Of a stretch of 64,000 nt of DNA, positions 1 to 11,314 are shown in pieces. Origin of the DNA: Candidatus Dormiibacterota bacterium (lineage in GTDB: Bacteria > Chloroflexota > Dormibacteria > Aeolococcales > Aeolococcaceae); NCBI GenBank assembly GCA_963800175.1, contig CAWCZS010000001.1, forward strand, positions 71,490 through 135,489, read 5' to 3'. Each line of letters begins with the position of its first letter. Position 1 is the stretch's first letter. Position numbers and translations under genes: made by a program. Under the pieces are notes generated by a model that was not told the origin of the DNA, did no database searches, and saw nothing but the letters and a program-made list of their open reading frames with translations.

Positions 1-337
1 TCGCCACACCGCGCCGGTGCTGCCAAGGACGTGGGGCCTCCTCGACGCCTTCTACGCCGAGCACCGCGAGCAACTCGGCGCCGCGCTCGGGGCCGGCGAC
101 AGCCACTTCGGCGAGCACGACCTTGGGCGCGTTCTGACCGTGTTCCCCGGGAAGAGCGCGGCAGACCTTCGCAAGGCCATCGAAGGGGCGACGACGTCAC
201 CGCTCTCGGGCGCCGTCTCCCCGTCGCCACCACCCGTCCGCATGCGCCTCGCCCAGCAGTACCGGTCGATGATCTGGCTCGGTGGTGAGCGGCGTGCCGG
301 GCGTGTCGGCAGCGGGGCCGGTCCGACGCGCCGGTGA
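1..337 (+). CDS. Hypothetical protein, probably 5'-truncated by the window edge
   Basis: Open frame ending at TGA 337 just before the tRNA promoter; no recognisable motif. Confidence 0.4.
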   Translation, partial: RHTAPVLPRTWGLLDAFYAEHREQLGAALGAGDSHFGEHDLGRVLTVFPGKSAADLRKAIEGATTSPLSGAVSPSPPPVRMRLAQQYRSMIWLGGERRAGRVGSGAGPTRR

Positions 338-360
338 CCCACGGGTAGAATCGGGCCCTG

Positions 361-436
361 GCCCGTTTAGCTCAGTTGGTAGAGCAGGGAACTCTTAATC
401 CCTTGGTCCAGGGTTCGAGTCCCTGAGCGGGCACCA
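361..436 (+). tRNA. tRNA-Lys (anticodon CTT)
   Basis: Acceptor stem GCCCGTT/AGCGGGC, D arm GCTC-AGTTGGTA-GAGC, anticodon loop CTCTTAA (392-398), T loop GGTTCGAGTCC, encoded CCA at 434-436; -10-like TAGAAT at 346-351. Confidence 0.95.
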
Positions 437-460
437 CAGGTTTGTGTGTGTTGCGGCTGA

Positions 461-1490
461 TTAGCAGCTCAGGGGTCGGTCGCGAAGTCGATCGAGCCGT
501 TCGGTTGAGCAACTTGTCGACGAACCGTTTTGCCATGCGACAACCAGCGCACCCTGAAACGTCGCGAGCGCGGGCTCATAGCAGGTCGGCGAGTACAACG
601 ACGCGGCAATCGCGTGCCAGTTCGACCATTTGCTGCCGTTGAAGGTCTGGTACAAGATTCCTCGTAGTAGTTGTCGAAATAGGCCTCATAGAGGTCACCC
701 CGAAAGCCGCGGCCGCGGACCGGAAATAACGGCGTAATCGGGATTCAACGTCCCACGGTTGACCGCCCCGACCAGCTGGTGCCATTGAAGGCTTCCGACG
801 AGATGCAGTACCCCGAGGCGGAGCTGCAGAGGTCACTCCAGGATGCGTAGAGCTTGCTGTCGTAGACGGCCAGACCCACGTTGTCCTCTTCGGCGTTACA
901 AGTGCTGAGGAGATAGCAGGTGGCCGTCGAGGCGAGATGGAACTCGGACGACCACGTGGTTCCATTGAACGCCGAGTACCAGACGCCGTATGGGGACGAC
1001 TGGCCAACCCAGGCTAGTAGAGCTTGCCGTCATACGCGGCGAAGGCGGGGGCGCTGTACTTGGCGGCGAGCGCCGTCGGTACCTCCGCCTGCGCGGACCA
1101 GTTCGTGCCGTTGAACGTCGCATACCACAGATGGGCTGGGCTACCTGTTCCAACCCAAGCTGCCCAGAGCAACCCGCCAAAGACGGCGAGAGCCGGCCCG
1201 TGGCGCGTCCCTGCCGCGGGATCGTTTGCTCCACGCTGAAGCTGGAACCCGTCCAATCCGAGTACCACACCTCTTGATTTGGGGTTTGCCCAACCCAGGC
1301 AGCGTAAAGATCGCCGTTGTACGTCGCCAGCAGCCGGCCCGCCCTGCGTTTGCGCGTACGGCCATGTGCGCGCTGTCGACCACGCGGAGCTCGAGTTCGA
1401 CGCCGCGTGCGCGATGGTGGGCCCGACGACTGCCACGGTCAGCAGTACGGCCAGGATCACGGTCCCGATCAGCTTGCCGGCAACGTGGCG
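461..1490 (-). CDS. Secreted repeat (beta-propeller/lectin-like) protein, frameshifted over several ORFs
   Basis: Signal-like stretch (LIGTVILAVLLTVAVVGPTIAHAA); repeated motifs PALAVFGGLLWAAW / PAFAAYDGKLY / PALATFQGALVVAW and WYATFNGTNWS / YQTFNGSKWSNW across ORFs 1014-1667, 896-1270 and 461-655. Confidence 0.55.
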
Positions 1491-1698
1491 GCGCCGGAGG
1501 CACCTGTCGCGCCCTGTCGCTCGAACTGCATCGGCGAGTTCCCCTCGAACGCTCGATCGCTGTCCCCGGATCGTATCGGTGAGCGAGCGCATGTGCAAGG
1601 TTCGTTCCGCGAGCAGCGCGCTGTCGAGCTGAGGTGCATCGCACTGCTTTCGGTTGATGCCTGGCATCAGTCACGGCGGATCGACGCGAGGAGCAGCC

Positions 1699-2320
1699 AT
1701 GAGTGAGTGGGTCGACTGGCACAACGGATACGCACCGGGCTCACCGCTGTCGAAGCGACTCGAGGTGGTGCAGCGGCTGATCTCGCGAAGCCCTTGACCG
1801 GTGCGCGCCTGGTCCGATCCACGTCATCAGCCTCTGCGCCGGCGACGGGCGCGACCTGCTTGGTGTTCTCGACACACACCCGAGAGCCGCGGATGTCGAC
1901 GCGATGCTTGTGGAGCTTGACCCGGACCTTGCGGAACGCGCCCGGTCGCGAGCGGCGGAGATGTCCGCGACGATCGAGGTCGTGACCGGTGACGCGTCAT
2001 CCACGAGCAGCTATGCGGGTGCGGTGCCAGCGGACATCGTGCTGGCGTGCGGGATCTTCGGCAACGTCACCGATGACGACATCCACAACACTGTTGAGCA
2101 TTTGCCGTCGCTCTGTGCGCCCAACGCCACGGTGATCTGGACGCGCGGCACGTTTGCGCCGGATGTGACACCAACTATTCGTGGATGGTTCGTCGGCGCG
2201 GGGTTTTCAGAGCTCGAGTTCGTGGCAATCCCGAAGACGACCGTCGGAGTCGGTGCGGACCGGCTCGAGCGCGACCGCAGGCGTTCAAGCCCGAGCGTGA
2301 GTTGTTCACATTCCTGGCCA
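1699..2320 (+). CDS. Class I SAM-dependent methyltransferase (frameshifted)
   Basis: ATG 1699 gives MSEWVDWHNGYAPGSPLSKRLEVVQ; later frames give LCAGDGRDLLGV, LVELDP and ADIVLACGIFGN; end approximate. Confidence 0.7.
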
Positions 2321-2358
2321 GGGGGGAGCGCCCGTCGCGACGACCGCGATGAGTGCCG

Positions 2359-2754
2359 TCAGCGGGTCGTGAACGCCTCAACGTCCCGCCCGGCGCGGAT
2401 TGCGTCCAGGAGCTCACGAATGTCACCGGACTTCGACACGTATGCGGAGACGCCTGCGGCGGTCATCGATCTGCGAATCAGCATCTTGTCGAATGCAGAA
2501 AACGCAATAAGGCGCGCGCCCGGCGCAACCACGACCAGCTCCTTCGCGGCTCGAATGCCGCCGCCCTCCGGCATGTTGACGTCGAGGACGACCACGTCCG
2601 GCTGGAGTTGCCGGGCCAACAGAACACCGTCATCGACGCCGGACGCAACGCCGAGCAACTTCATGTCGGGCTGCTTGTCGATGATCCGCCCGAGAGCCGA
2701 GAGGACTTCGGCGCTGTCGTCGACGACGATCACGCGAAGGGGCTCGCTGTTCAT
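2359..2754 (-). CDS. Single-domain response regulator (NarL-type receiver, no HTH)
   Basis: VIVVDD, DVVVLDVNMP (phospho-Asp), AYVSK. Confidence 0.85.
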   Translation of the reverse strand: MNSEPLRVIVVDDSAEVLSALGRIIDKQPDMKLLGVASGVDDGVLLARQLQPDVVVLDVNMPEGGGIRAAKELVVVAPGARLIAFSAFDKMLIRRSMTAAGVSAYVSKSGDIRELLDAIRAGRDVEAFTTR

Positions 2755-2817
2755 TGCCGCTCACTCTGGACCGGCGCGCGGCTTGGATTCGCCTTCGCCC
2801 GTATCGTCACGGGACCG

Positions 2818-4553
2818 TCATGCAGCCGGCAGTACAGCGTTGGGCTCGGTCCTGGACGGCAACCAGACCTCAACAGACGTGCCCCGCGCTGTTGAGGTCG
2901 CAACTCGGGCCCATCCGCCCAGCGCTTCCGCGCGTTCGTGCATCGAGCTGAGGCCCATATGACCCAAGGGCGATCTGCCATCTGCCAGCGGCGTGAACCC
3001 GGGTCCGTCGTCGTTGACGCGAGCGCCAAATCCGATCCGCTGAGCACCGCGCAACGTCACCACAACCCTCGCTCCGTGTGCGTGCTTGGCTGCGTTATTC
3101 AGACCCTCTCGTACGAAGCGGTATAGCGTCGCCGCGACGATCGTCGACGGATCGTCTCTCAGGTTATTGAGCAGGCTCACCGTGATCGCGCCATCATCGT
3201 TGAACTCCGCAACTGACTGTTCCACGGCAGCAACCAACCCGAGGTCGAGGATTTGCGGATGCAGGTCGGTCATCAGACCTCGCATGTGCAGAATCGCGCG
3301 GTCGAGCGCTGCCCCGATCGATTGAGCCGTCTCGTTATCGGAGGCGTCGTCCCCCTGGAGCAGGAACATCCGCATCTTTGCGGCGATCATGGTTTGCAGC
3401 ATGTCGTCGTGGATGATGCCGGCGAGGTGTTTCCGTTCTTCCTCCTGGACGGAGACGAGGCGCCGCAGCAGCCGCGTGCGCTAGTCGTTCGTGCGATGGA
3501 GGTCTTCGAGGCTCTCGATAAGGGCTCCGGTTCGGCTCCGGACCTTCAGCTCGAGATCATCGTTCTGGTCGGCGACCAGTGCGCTCAAAGAGCTGGTCTC
3601 GCGTACGAACAGGAACTGCCGCGTCAGGACGATCGTGATCGTGAAGATGAGATCCCACTCGAGCACACGGTTGAGCGATCCAACAACCAATTCCGTCTCG
3701 ATGGCGGCAGCGCCGGCGAACGCGACGGTCCAATACGGCAAGAGCAACCTCCAGTGTGGCTGCCGCAGTTCGCCGGCAGCCGCAAGGGTGGGGGCGCCGA
3801 GCGCTTTCACGGCCGCAAGCCCGATGAGCGCGTATCCGATGGTCCAGCCCAGGTCCGGGAAATTCACTGAGTTGTAGTTCTGCAAGGTCGTCAGGAATGC
3901 GAAGGAACTGTCGGCAGCCGCGTTGAGGAGCACCCCACAGCCGAGCAACAGGAGTGGCAGGCGTTGCCCGCCGCCTCGGCGGGACAGGGCCAGCAGGACG
4001 ATCGTCGCCATCGCGATGTCGCTGATCGGGTAGGCGAGCCCGACGACCTGGGCGAACGCGTCGGTTGACGACGCCGCGTAGACGGGACCGAGCACGAAGT
4101 CCCAGCTGATGAACAGCAGCGCGCCGGCGATAAGGAGCCCATCGAGGAGCGTGCGGCCCCGCTCACCGGCATTGCCGGCGGCGCCCGGAAGCCGGAGCAG
4201 GCCGGCGATCGCGAAGGGGACGCGAACTGAGGTATCCCAGGTCCGGGTACGACGGGAAGAGGTTGGCCGGCACCAGGTTCAGGAACACCTCCTGCACCGT
4301 CCACGCAACCTGGCCGAGCCCCCAGCACAGGGCGGCGATGCCGATCAGCGCCCAGGCCTGCCGGCCGCGGTCGATGACCCTTCGCGGCCGTATACAGGCA
4401 CGCGCCGGCGGCCAGGAGTGGGGTCAGTGATTCGGACAGGTCGTCAAGAACGTAGGTGGGCCGCTGCAGTGGCGCGACGACCAGGAAGACGCCGTTGACC
4501 AGGCCCAGCACGACCACCGCCACGACGAGCAGAAGAAAGGTTCGCCTTCCCAT
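2818..4553 (-). CDS. Membrane sensor histidine kinase (HisKA_3 + HATPase), frameshifted
   Basis: Multi-TM N-terminus (ORFs 3891-4553, 3481-4095); H-box IHDDMLQ; EGLNNAAKHA, DDGPGF, GHMGLSSMHERA. Confidence 0.8.
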
Positions 4554-4649
4554 GGGTGTGCCGAGTGTTCACTCTCCCGGCGCTTGGCGGCGTGGTGGCG
4601 GTGAGTTGTTGGAGTTCACGATCGAGCGCGAGCTCGGCGGGACCCTGGG

Positions 4650-5315
4650 TCAGGTGGTGGGCTGGTGCGTCGCCTGAGCCACCGCGGCGTCCCAGTCGAT
4701 GATCACCTGACCCTGCTCCTCGGGACGCACCTTCGCCGGCAGGTTCGAGCCCGGGTAGATGAGGGGGATGCCCGCAGGCGGCACGGGGTTGCCCATCTGC
4801 GTCTGGTATGGCTGGTGGCCGTCGCAGAGGATCGTCACCACGAAGGCGTACATGTCCAGGCCGGCCTGCGAGCGCATGCCCATGGGCTCGCTCTGGATGA
4901 TCACTGCCCGCGCCGGCGTTCCCGTCGCCAGCAACTCTGCCGCGCTGCCGCGATTCGGCCCGGTTGCGGAGAGCGTGACCGTCGGAGGCTCGTTGTCGAA
5001 ATCGATTGCGACTTCCTGCGGATTCTGCGGATTGACGCGCACCGCGACCACTGCACCCGGGGTCATCAATGTCTGCAGCGCGAGGATCGGAATTCCCTGA
5101 TGGCAGGTGGCGCGGTACGGCGGCGTGTTGTCCATGAAGACGTCAAGCGCGACGTTGCACACCTGCTTGCCGAGCGCGTCGTTGCCGTGGCTCACCGTCA
5201 TCCCGGTCGGCTCGATGCTCGCGATCTGCCCGCGCGCCAGCGTGCCGTTCTGCATCAACTCGGGAGACACGCCGCCACCGACGGCGCGAATCTTGTCCAG
5301 GAATCCCATGGCCAT
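4650..5315 (-). CDS. Hypothetical protein with two internally similar domains
   Basis: Duplicated pattern G..AR..I....P.GM...PY.....P......PG.....V.P..P..V.ID; GC-rich codon usage. Confidence 0.7.
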   Translation of the reverse strand: MAMGFLDKIRAVGGGVSPELMQNGTLARGQIASIEPTGMTVSHGNDALGKQVCNVALDVFMDNTPPYRATCHQGIPILALQTLMTPGAVVAVRVNPQNPQEVAIDFDNEPPTVTLSATGPNRGSAAELLATGTPARAVIIQSEPMGMRSQAGLDMYAFVVTILCDGHQPYQTQMGNPVPPAGIPLIYPGSNLPAKVRPEEQGQVIIDWDAAVAQATHQPTT

Positions 5316-5405
5316 CCCCCAGGCGATCGCCTGCGCCGAAGTGGCCCACGTTCGCGTCTCGCCCCCGCGAATTGTAGGTGCGACGGGTGGGCGGACGACG
5401 ACGCG

Positions 5406-5765
5406 TCAGGGTTCTCTGTGCGCCTCGGCGAGACGCACAAGCGTCACGGGCGCTATCGCGGCATAGCTCTCATCGATCCAGTCGCGTAGCAGTTCCACGT
5501 CCGGCCGTGACTTGTCGCCGAGTTGGACCGTGACCCACCCGTGCTTGCCGAGGCCATACGCCATCGGCGTCGCGCATGGCAGCGTGAGCGCGTAGACGCT
5601 GGAATGCGGGAGCTTGACGCCGATCGACCCCGTGTCATCGGACGGCAGGAACACGAAGATCTTCTTGCGCACCTTGGCAACGCGATCGCCTTCCCAGGGG
5701 CGATCCTCCCAGGCCTCGGGCTTGGCAAGCGCGTGGCGGGCGAGTGCATCGCTGATGCTGGGCAC
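5406..5765 (-). CDS. MmcQ/YjbR family DNA-binding protein
   Basis: WEDRPWEGDRVAKVRKKIF, YGLGKHGWV, WIDESY motifs. Confidence 0.85.
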   Translation of the reverse strand: MPSISDALARHALAKPEAWEDRPWEGDRVAKVRKKIFVFLPSDDTGSIGVKLPHSSVYALTLPCATPMAYGLGKHGWVTVQLGDKSRPDVELLRDWIDESYAAIAPVTLVRLAEAHREP

Positions 5766-5797
5766 GCCCGACAGGTTACCGGCGCCCCTAAGCTCAC

Positions 5798-7374
5798 GTG
5801 ATGGCCGATGACGAGAGTCCGCGTCCCGATCTCGCGGAAACGCTGCGCCGCCGTGCGCTGATCGGCGACGAGGCTCGCGCCGAGGTGGTCGACGCACGTC
5901 ACACGGCTGGACGCCGGACGGCTCGCGAGAATCTCGCCGATCTGTGCGACGAGGGCAGCTTCGTCGAGTACGGCGGCCTGGCGATCGCCGCGCAACGCGG
6001 CCGGCGCAGCGTCGACGACCTGATACGCCGCACTCCTGCGGACGGCCTCGTGGCGGGCACCGCTCGCGTCAACACCGCGCTGGTGGGCGAAGAGCATGCG
6101 CAGTGCGCAGTGCTCTCGTACGACTACACGGTCCTCGCCGGCACGCAGGGCGTGATGGGCCATCGCAAGAAGGACCGTCTCTTCGAGGTCATCGAGCGAC
6201 GCCGCCTCCCGGTCGTGCTCTTCGCCGAGGGCGGGGGCGGACGGCCGGGCGACACCGATCACGCGATGGTCGCCGGGCTCGACGTGATGGCGTTCGCGCT
6301 CTGGGCGCGGCTCTCCGGCGTCGTCCCGCGCATCGGCATCGCGTCGGGTCGCTGTTTCGCGGGCAACGCGGCGCTGCTCGGCTGCTCCGATCTGATCATC
6401 GCGACGCCGGAGGCGAGCATCGGCATGGGCGGGCCGGCGATGATCGAAGGCGGCGGGCTCGGTGTTGTGGAAGCCGACGAGGTGGGGCCGTTTCGAGGTC
6501 CAGGAGCGCAACGGCGTCATCGATATCGCTGCCGCTGACGAGGCCGACGCCGTCCGCCTCGCGCGGCACGCGTTGTCGTTCTTTCAGGGGCCGGTCGCGA
6601 CGTTCGAGGCTCCGGATCAGCGCGCGCTTCGAGACGTCGTTCCGGAGAACCGGCGGCGCGCATACGACGTGCATCGCGCGATCGAGATCATCGCCGACAC
6701 CGAGCTCACCGCTCGAGCTGCGGCCACGCTTCGGGCGCGGGATGGTGACCGTGCTGGCGCGCATCGACGGGCATCCGGTGGGGATCGTCGCCAACAATCC
6801 GATGCACCTCGCGGGCGCGATCACGAGCGACTGCGCCGACAAGGCCGCGCGCTTCCTGCAGCTGTGCGAGGCGTTCCGGCTGCCGGTGCTCTTCCTCTGC
6901 GATACGCCCGGCATCATGGTCGGACCTGACGCGGAGAAGACGGCGCTCGTGCGTCATGCGAGCCGGCTGTTTCTCGCGGGCGCCGCGCTGACCGTGCCCT
7001 TCATGACCGTGGTGCTGCGCAAGGGATACGGGCTCGGTGCGCAGGCGATGGCGGGCGGCAGCTTCCGTGCGCCGTTGATGACCGTTGCGTGGCCCACCGG
7101 CGAATTCGGGGGCATGGGACTCGAGGGAGCGGTGAAGCTCGCCTACCGAAAAGAGTTGGAGGCGATCGAGGACGCCGGCGAGCGGGCGGCGCGATTCGAT
7201 GCCATGGTCGCGGACATGTACGAACGCGGAACTGCGCTCAACACCGCAACGTACTTCGAGGTCGATGACGTGATCGACCCCGCAGCCACGCGAGCTTTGG
7301 CGGCCGCGGTGATCCTCCATTCCGAGGAGCCACCGCCGGCGGCAGCGAAACGTCGCTACGTCGATTCGTGGTGA
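5798..7374 (+). CDS. Acyl-CoA carboxylase carboxyltransferase subunit (frameshifts near 6490 and 6710)
   Basis: RRTARE, YDYTVLAGTQG, AEGGGGRPGD, CDTPGIMVGP, LRKGYGLGAQAM. Confidence 0.9.
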
Positions 7375-9574
7375 TGGCGAGCGTTCGCCTGCGCAGGATC
7401 AGTGCCGCAGTGCAGAGCAGCACGCCGAGCAGCGCAATTCCCTGACCGAGCCCTGCGGGAATCATTGACGCGGGCGCAGCGCCGGTCGACGGAACTGGAG
7501 GCGTGGGCGCCGATGCGACCGTGATGCTCACTGATGCCGTGTCGTTGGCCGGGTTCGGGTCGGTCTGCGTTTCGCCGGACTTGGTGGCGGTGTTGGTGAT
7601 CACACCGAGTCGCGGCGAGCTTGACGGTGATGTGCAATGTCGCCGTTCCACCGATCGCGAGCGAGCCGACTGTCCATATCGCCGGTCGCGGGGTCGTACG
7701 CGCCCTGCGATGCGCTCGAGCTCACGAAGACAACCCCGTTGGGGAGCACGTCGGTCACGGTGACACCGGTCGCCGCAAGCGGACCGTTGTCGTGCGCGGT
7801 GATGGTGTACGTGTCGTCATCACCGATCACCGGGTTCGCGTTGCTCACTGCCTTGGTGATCGCGATATCCGCGTAGGACCCAGGCGCGACGATGGTCAGC
7901 GTGCTGCTGACCTGATGGCTCGGATAGTACGTCCAGAGGTCGAGGCCCTTTGCATCGCCGAAACTCCCGGTGCACGGAATGTTGGTGTTGCCGCCCGTGG
8001 CCGTTCCGAAAGCGCGCTGCGTTCCCGCAGTGTTGAACCCGTTGATGGGATCGCTGAATGCGATGGCCGGCGGCGCATTACCGCAGAGCACCGTGCCCGG
8101 CGTGCCGACGTTGACACCGGTGGTCGTGGTGTACCCGCGATCGTCGTAGAAACCGCCGCTGCATCCACCGGTGAATGGCGGGCACACGCCGCCAGGCGCG
8201 TTGAGCATCGTGATCGTCGGTCCGCCCTGCGTGTCGTTCTCCACGTCGATGAACGGGAAGTGATATTCGCCTGCGTGGACTTCGATCCTGAAGGGGTAGT
8301 CGGTGCCGGGCGCATTCGTCGGGAAGTAATTACCGGCGTTGTCCTTCCCGTTCCAGGTGACTGTCTGCGTGCCTGCTCCCTTGAGGCCGCTGAGGACGCG
8401 ATTCAGCGGATTGGTGGGGTCGTAATTGACGCCGTCCGCGCTGATGACGATCTGGTAGACGCCTGCGACATTCGACGTGTACGAGAAGGTCCCGCCGCTC
8501 TGAAACAGCGTCGTGCTGCCGATCACGGTCCCGGCGAAGCTGACGTTGCTCACCAGTGGCGCAATCGGTATGAGCGGGATGCCGAGGGCGGTGAGCGTGA
8601 CGTTCGCCGGCGGCGTGAAGAAGATGGGATAGGTCGGCGGCGCGAAGATGACACCGCCATCCACCGACGTGAGCTGACCGGGGCTGCCGGTGTTGTTCGC
8701 AAGTGCGTCGTGGTACAGCGGGGTCGTGCCGTCGGGATCGATGAAACCGAGCTGGCTTCCGTACTGGATCCACCCGTTCGGATCCATCCCGCGCTGATCA
8801 ATCCGGTAGCGGAATCCGTCCGTGGTGACGGCATAGGTTGTCGAGTTGACCGGCAATCCGTTGCCGCCGGTGAAGAGCGAGAGCACGTAGCTGAAGACGC
8901 GGCCCGTTTGTGTCGTTGCCGGGTCCGTCAGGCTGTCGCGCACCGTCACGTCCCACGCGGCAATCGACGTTCCCTGGGCCGCGCTGTAATCACCAGGAGC
9001 AGTGAGCGCGATATCGGCGCTGACGCCGCCGTCGGCGTTCGACGCCAGGCCCGCAGGCCCGATCATCGCGATGCTGTAGATGCCCGTTTGACGGCGCCGC
9101 GTAATAACACGGTGTGTAGCCGTTGGTGACTCCGCCGCCGGGGACGGTGTCCGGTCCCGCGAGTTCCTCGGCGCGGCTCGTGATCTCACCCTGCAACGCG
9201 ATGCCCGTGCTGACGCGCTGCGCGGCGCACGAAAAGGACGCTGTGCCGGGAATCGTTTCGTTGCCCGGCGTGCCGGTGACCAGCCCAGGATTCCAGATGA
9301 GAATATCGGCCTCGCCGAGCCCCATCGCCGTCGAACCGACGAGGAGAAACTCCCCGGTCGTCGCATACGCGTGGAGCAGCGTGCGTCGCGTGATCGCACC
9401 TGCGCCATAGGATCCGGTCCGCCACTCAGTGTTGGCGCGCGACCCGGTTGCGCCGCTCGGATAGAGATTCTGCGATCCGTCGGCGAACACGTTGACCGCC
9501 GTGGCGATCAGCACGCCAACACTCAGGAGCGCTGCAGCGAAACCCCGCCGATGCACGTGCGCATGATGCGCCAT
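7360..9574 (-). CDS. Large secreted/surface protein with DUF11-like domain and sortase-type C-terminal signal (frameshifted)
   Basis: Signal peptide (HRRGFAAALLSVGVLIATAVNVFA); TVTWNGKD FlgD-Ig-like motif; ADIAITK...NGPLAATGVTVTDVLP...DPNPAND (DUF11); VPSTG, then hydrophobic helix, then RRR; 3' end approximate. Confidence 0.75.
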
Positions 9575-9580
9575 GTGCGG

Positions 9581-10105
9581 TCAGATATGCGAGAGCTCGT
9601 GGAACAGCCGGCGGAAAAACGGTCCGCCCCAGACACCGATGGAAAGCACGCCGCCAAAGAGCATCACTGCGTCCACACTCGCGCGTCCCTGCTTGCTCCA
9701 GTACACGTCCTCGAGGTCGAGCCAGAGCGCGAATTCATCGAGCGTGAGCGCGGAGGAGCCGCCGTACAGAATCGACGTGAATTTTGCCAGCGCATCGTCG
9801 GTGCTGTGCTTCGCGTCCGCCGCATCGGCAGTGCCATTCGTCTTCCTCGCCGTATCAACCTCAAGTAACCAGAGATACCCGGTGCCGAGAAGTCCGGTGA
9901 TGCCGATGACGAGATGATGGAAATGACGCCCGCCGACACTCAGGTTATGGAACGGTCCAATGCCGTCTTTGATTGCGTGCGTGATCGCGCGGGTTGCCGC
10001 GAATGTCGTGAAAAAAGACACTGACGACAGAAACAGGCGCTCGCGGCGCGTGTCGCTGAACGCGTCGCGATAAATCGCGATCGCGCGGTCAGGTGTCAGA
10101 GGCAC
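9581..10105 (-). CDS. Hypothetical integral membrane protein
   Basis: TM helices; HFHHLVIGI and GSSALTLDEFALWLDLEDVYW motifs. Confidence 0.8.
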   Translation of the reverse strand: MPLTPDRAIAIYRDAFSDTRRERLFLSSVSFFTTFAATRAITHAIKDGIGPFHNLSVGGRHFHHLVIGITGLLGTGYLWLLEVDTARKTNGTADAADAKHSTDDALAKFTSILYGGSSALTLDEFALWLDLEDVYWSKQGRASVDAVMLFGGVLSIGVWGGPFFRRLFHELSHI

Positions 10106-10111
10106 GCTGAC

Positions 10112-10321
10112 TCAGGCCTTGACGGCCTTGGGCCGCGCGAAGTTGGCCGCGATCACCGCGAGCAGAGTCAAAACCAGGAAGACGATCGCGTGCTTCCAGT
10201 GCAACTCCGGCTTGCCCGACGCGAGGAAGTTCGTCTTCTGGGTGAAGAAGAACACCGTGGCCAGGGCGAACACGACGGCCAGAGCAAGAAGCGCAAGCGC
10301 TAGTGGGCGGCTACCCCGCAT
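10112..10321 (-). CDS. Small two-TM membrane protein
   Basis: ATG 10321 with upstream GGGGG; two hydrophobic segments. Confidence 0.6.
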   Translation of the reverse strand: MRGSRPLALALLALAVVFALATVFFFTQKTNFLASGKPELHWKHAIVFLVLTLLAVIAANFARPKAVKA

Positions 10322-10398
10322 GACACAACCCCCGATGAATGCGGTCGAGCCGCCGGTGCGAACGCACGTTCCTGAGTGCAACACGCAGATCCCGACCG

Positions 10399-11274
10399 TC
10401 AGTGGATGAAGATGAGGCCTGCAACCCCGAGAGCGGCACAGTAATACGCGAAGGGGTCGAGACGTCCTGAACGAAGATAGCGCAAGAGGAACCGGGCGCT
10501 TGCGTACGCCACCACGCCGGCGAGGGCGGCGGCACCGATTGCGACCAGCAGGGTCGGCGCGTCGGACCCGAGGTCCGGGAGCTCGAAGAGCCCCGCGGCA
10601 AGGATGATCGGCGTCGCGAGCAGGAACGAGAAACGGGCTGCCTCCTCGTGACGAAGCCCTGCCACAAGTCCGGCCGCCATGGTGATCCCCGAGCGGGAAA
10701 TACCGGGGATCAGCGCGCCCGCCTGAAAAAAGCCGACGATCACGGTTGTTCGCAGGCTCAGGCCCTCGATGCGCTCGTATGCGGGGTCGTCCTCCTGGTG
10801 AGCGAGCACCGGGGCGTCACTGACAGCGCGGCGTCGCTCGTCCCGGCGGCGGAACATCTCGGCGGTCAAGAGGATGCCGCCGTTGACGATCAGAAATGCC
10901 GCAGCGAGGCGGGGGTTCGCGAACAGCGACTTGAGCGGATCCTGCAGGAGGAATCCGACGATGCCCGCGGGAACAGAGCCGACGATCAGCATGATCGCCA
11001 GACGCTGGTCGGGACCGTCGATACGGCCCTGCAGCGCAGCGCGGACAAAGCCGACCACGATCCGGGCCCAGTCGCGCCGGTAGAGAAAGAGCAGTGCCGC
11101 GGCCGTCCCGAGGTGCAACACCGCAAGCACCGGGACGAACGCGGGGCTGCTCTCCTGGAAGTTGAGCCCGATGAGCGGCGGCACGACAACGGCATGCCCG
11201 AGCGACGACACAGGGAAGAGTTCGGTGACTCCCTGCAGGGCTGCCAGGAAGAAGATCAGTCCGGCGCTCAGCAT
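10399..11274 (-). CDS. uppP: Undecaprenyl-diphosphate phosphatase
   Basis: LQGVTELFPVSSLGH and PGISRSG BacA motifs. Confidence 0.93.
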   Translation of the reverse strand: MLSAGLIFFLAALQGVTELFPVSSLGHAVVVPPLIGLNFQESSPAFVPVLAVLHLGTAAALLFLYRRDWARIVVGFVRAALQGRIDGPDQRLAIMLIVGSVPAGIVGFLLQDPLKSLFANPRLAAAFLIVNGGILLTAEMFRRRDERRRAVSDAPVLAHQEDDPAYERIEGLSLRTTVIVGFFQAGALIPGISRSGITMAAGLVAGLRHEEAARFSFLLATPIILAAGLFELPDLGSDAPTLLVAIGAAALAGVVAYASARFLLRYLRSGRLDPFAYYCAALGVAGLIFIH

Positions 11275-11314
11275 CGGCCAGAGCCTACCAGCCCCTCGCG
11301 CGTAGTCTGATGCG

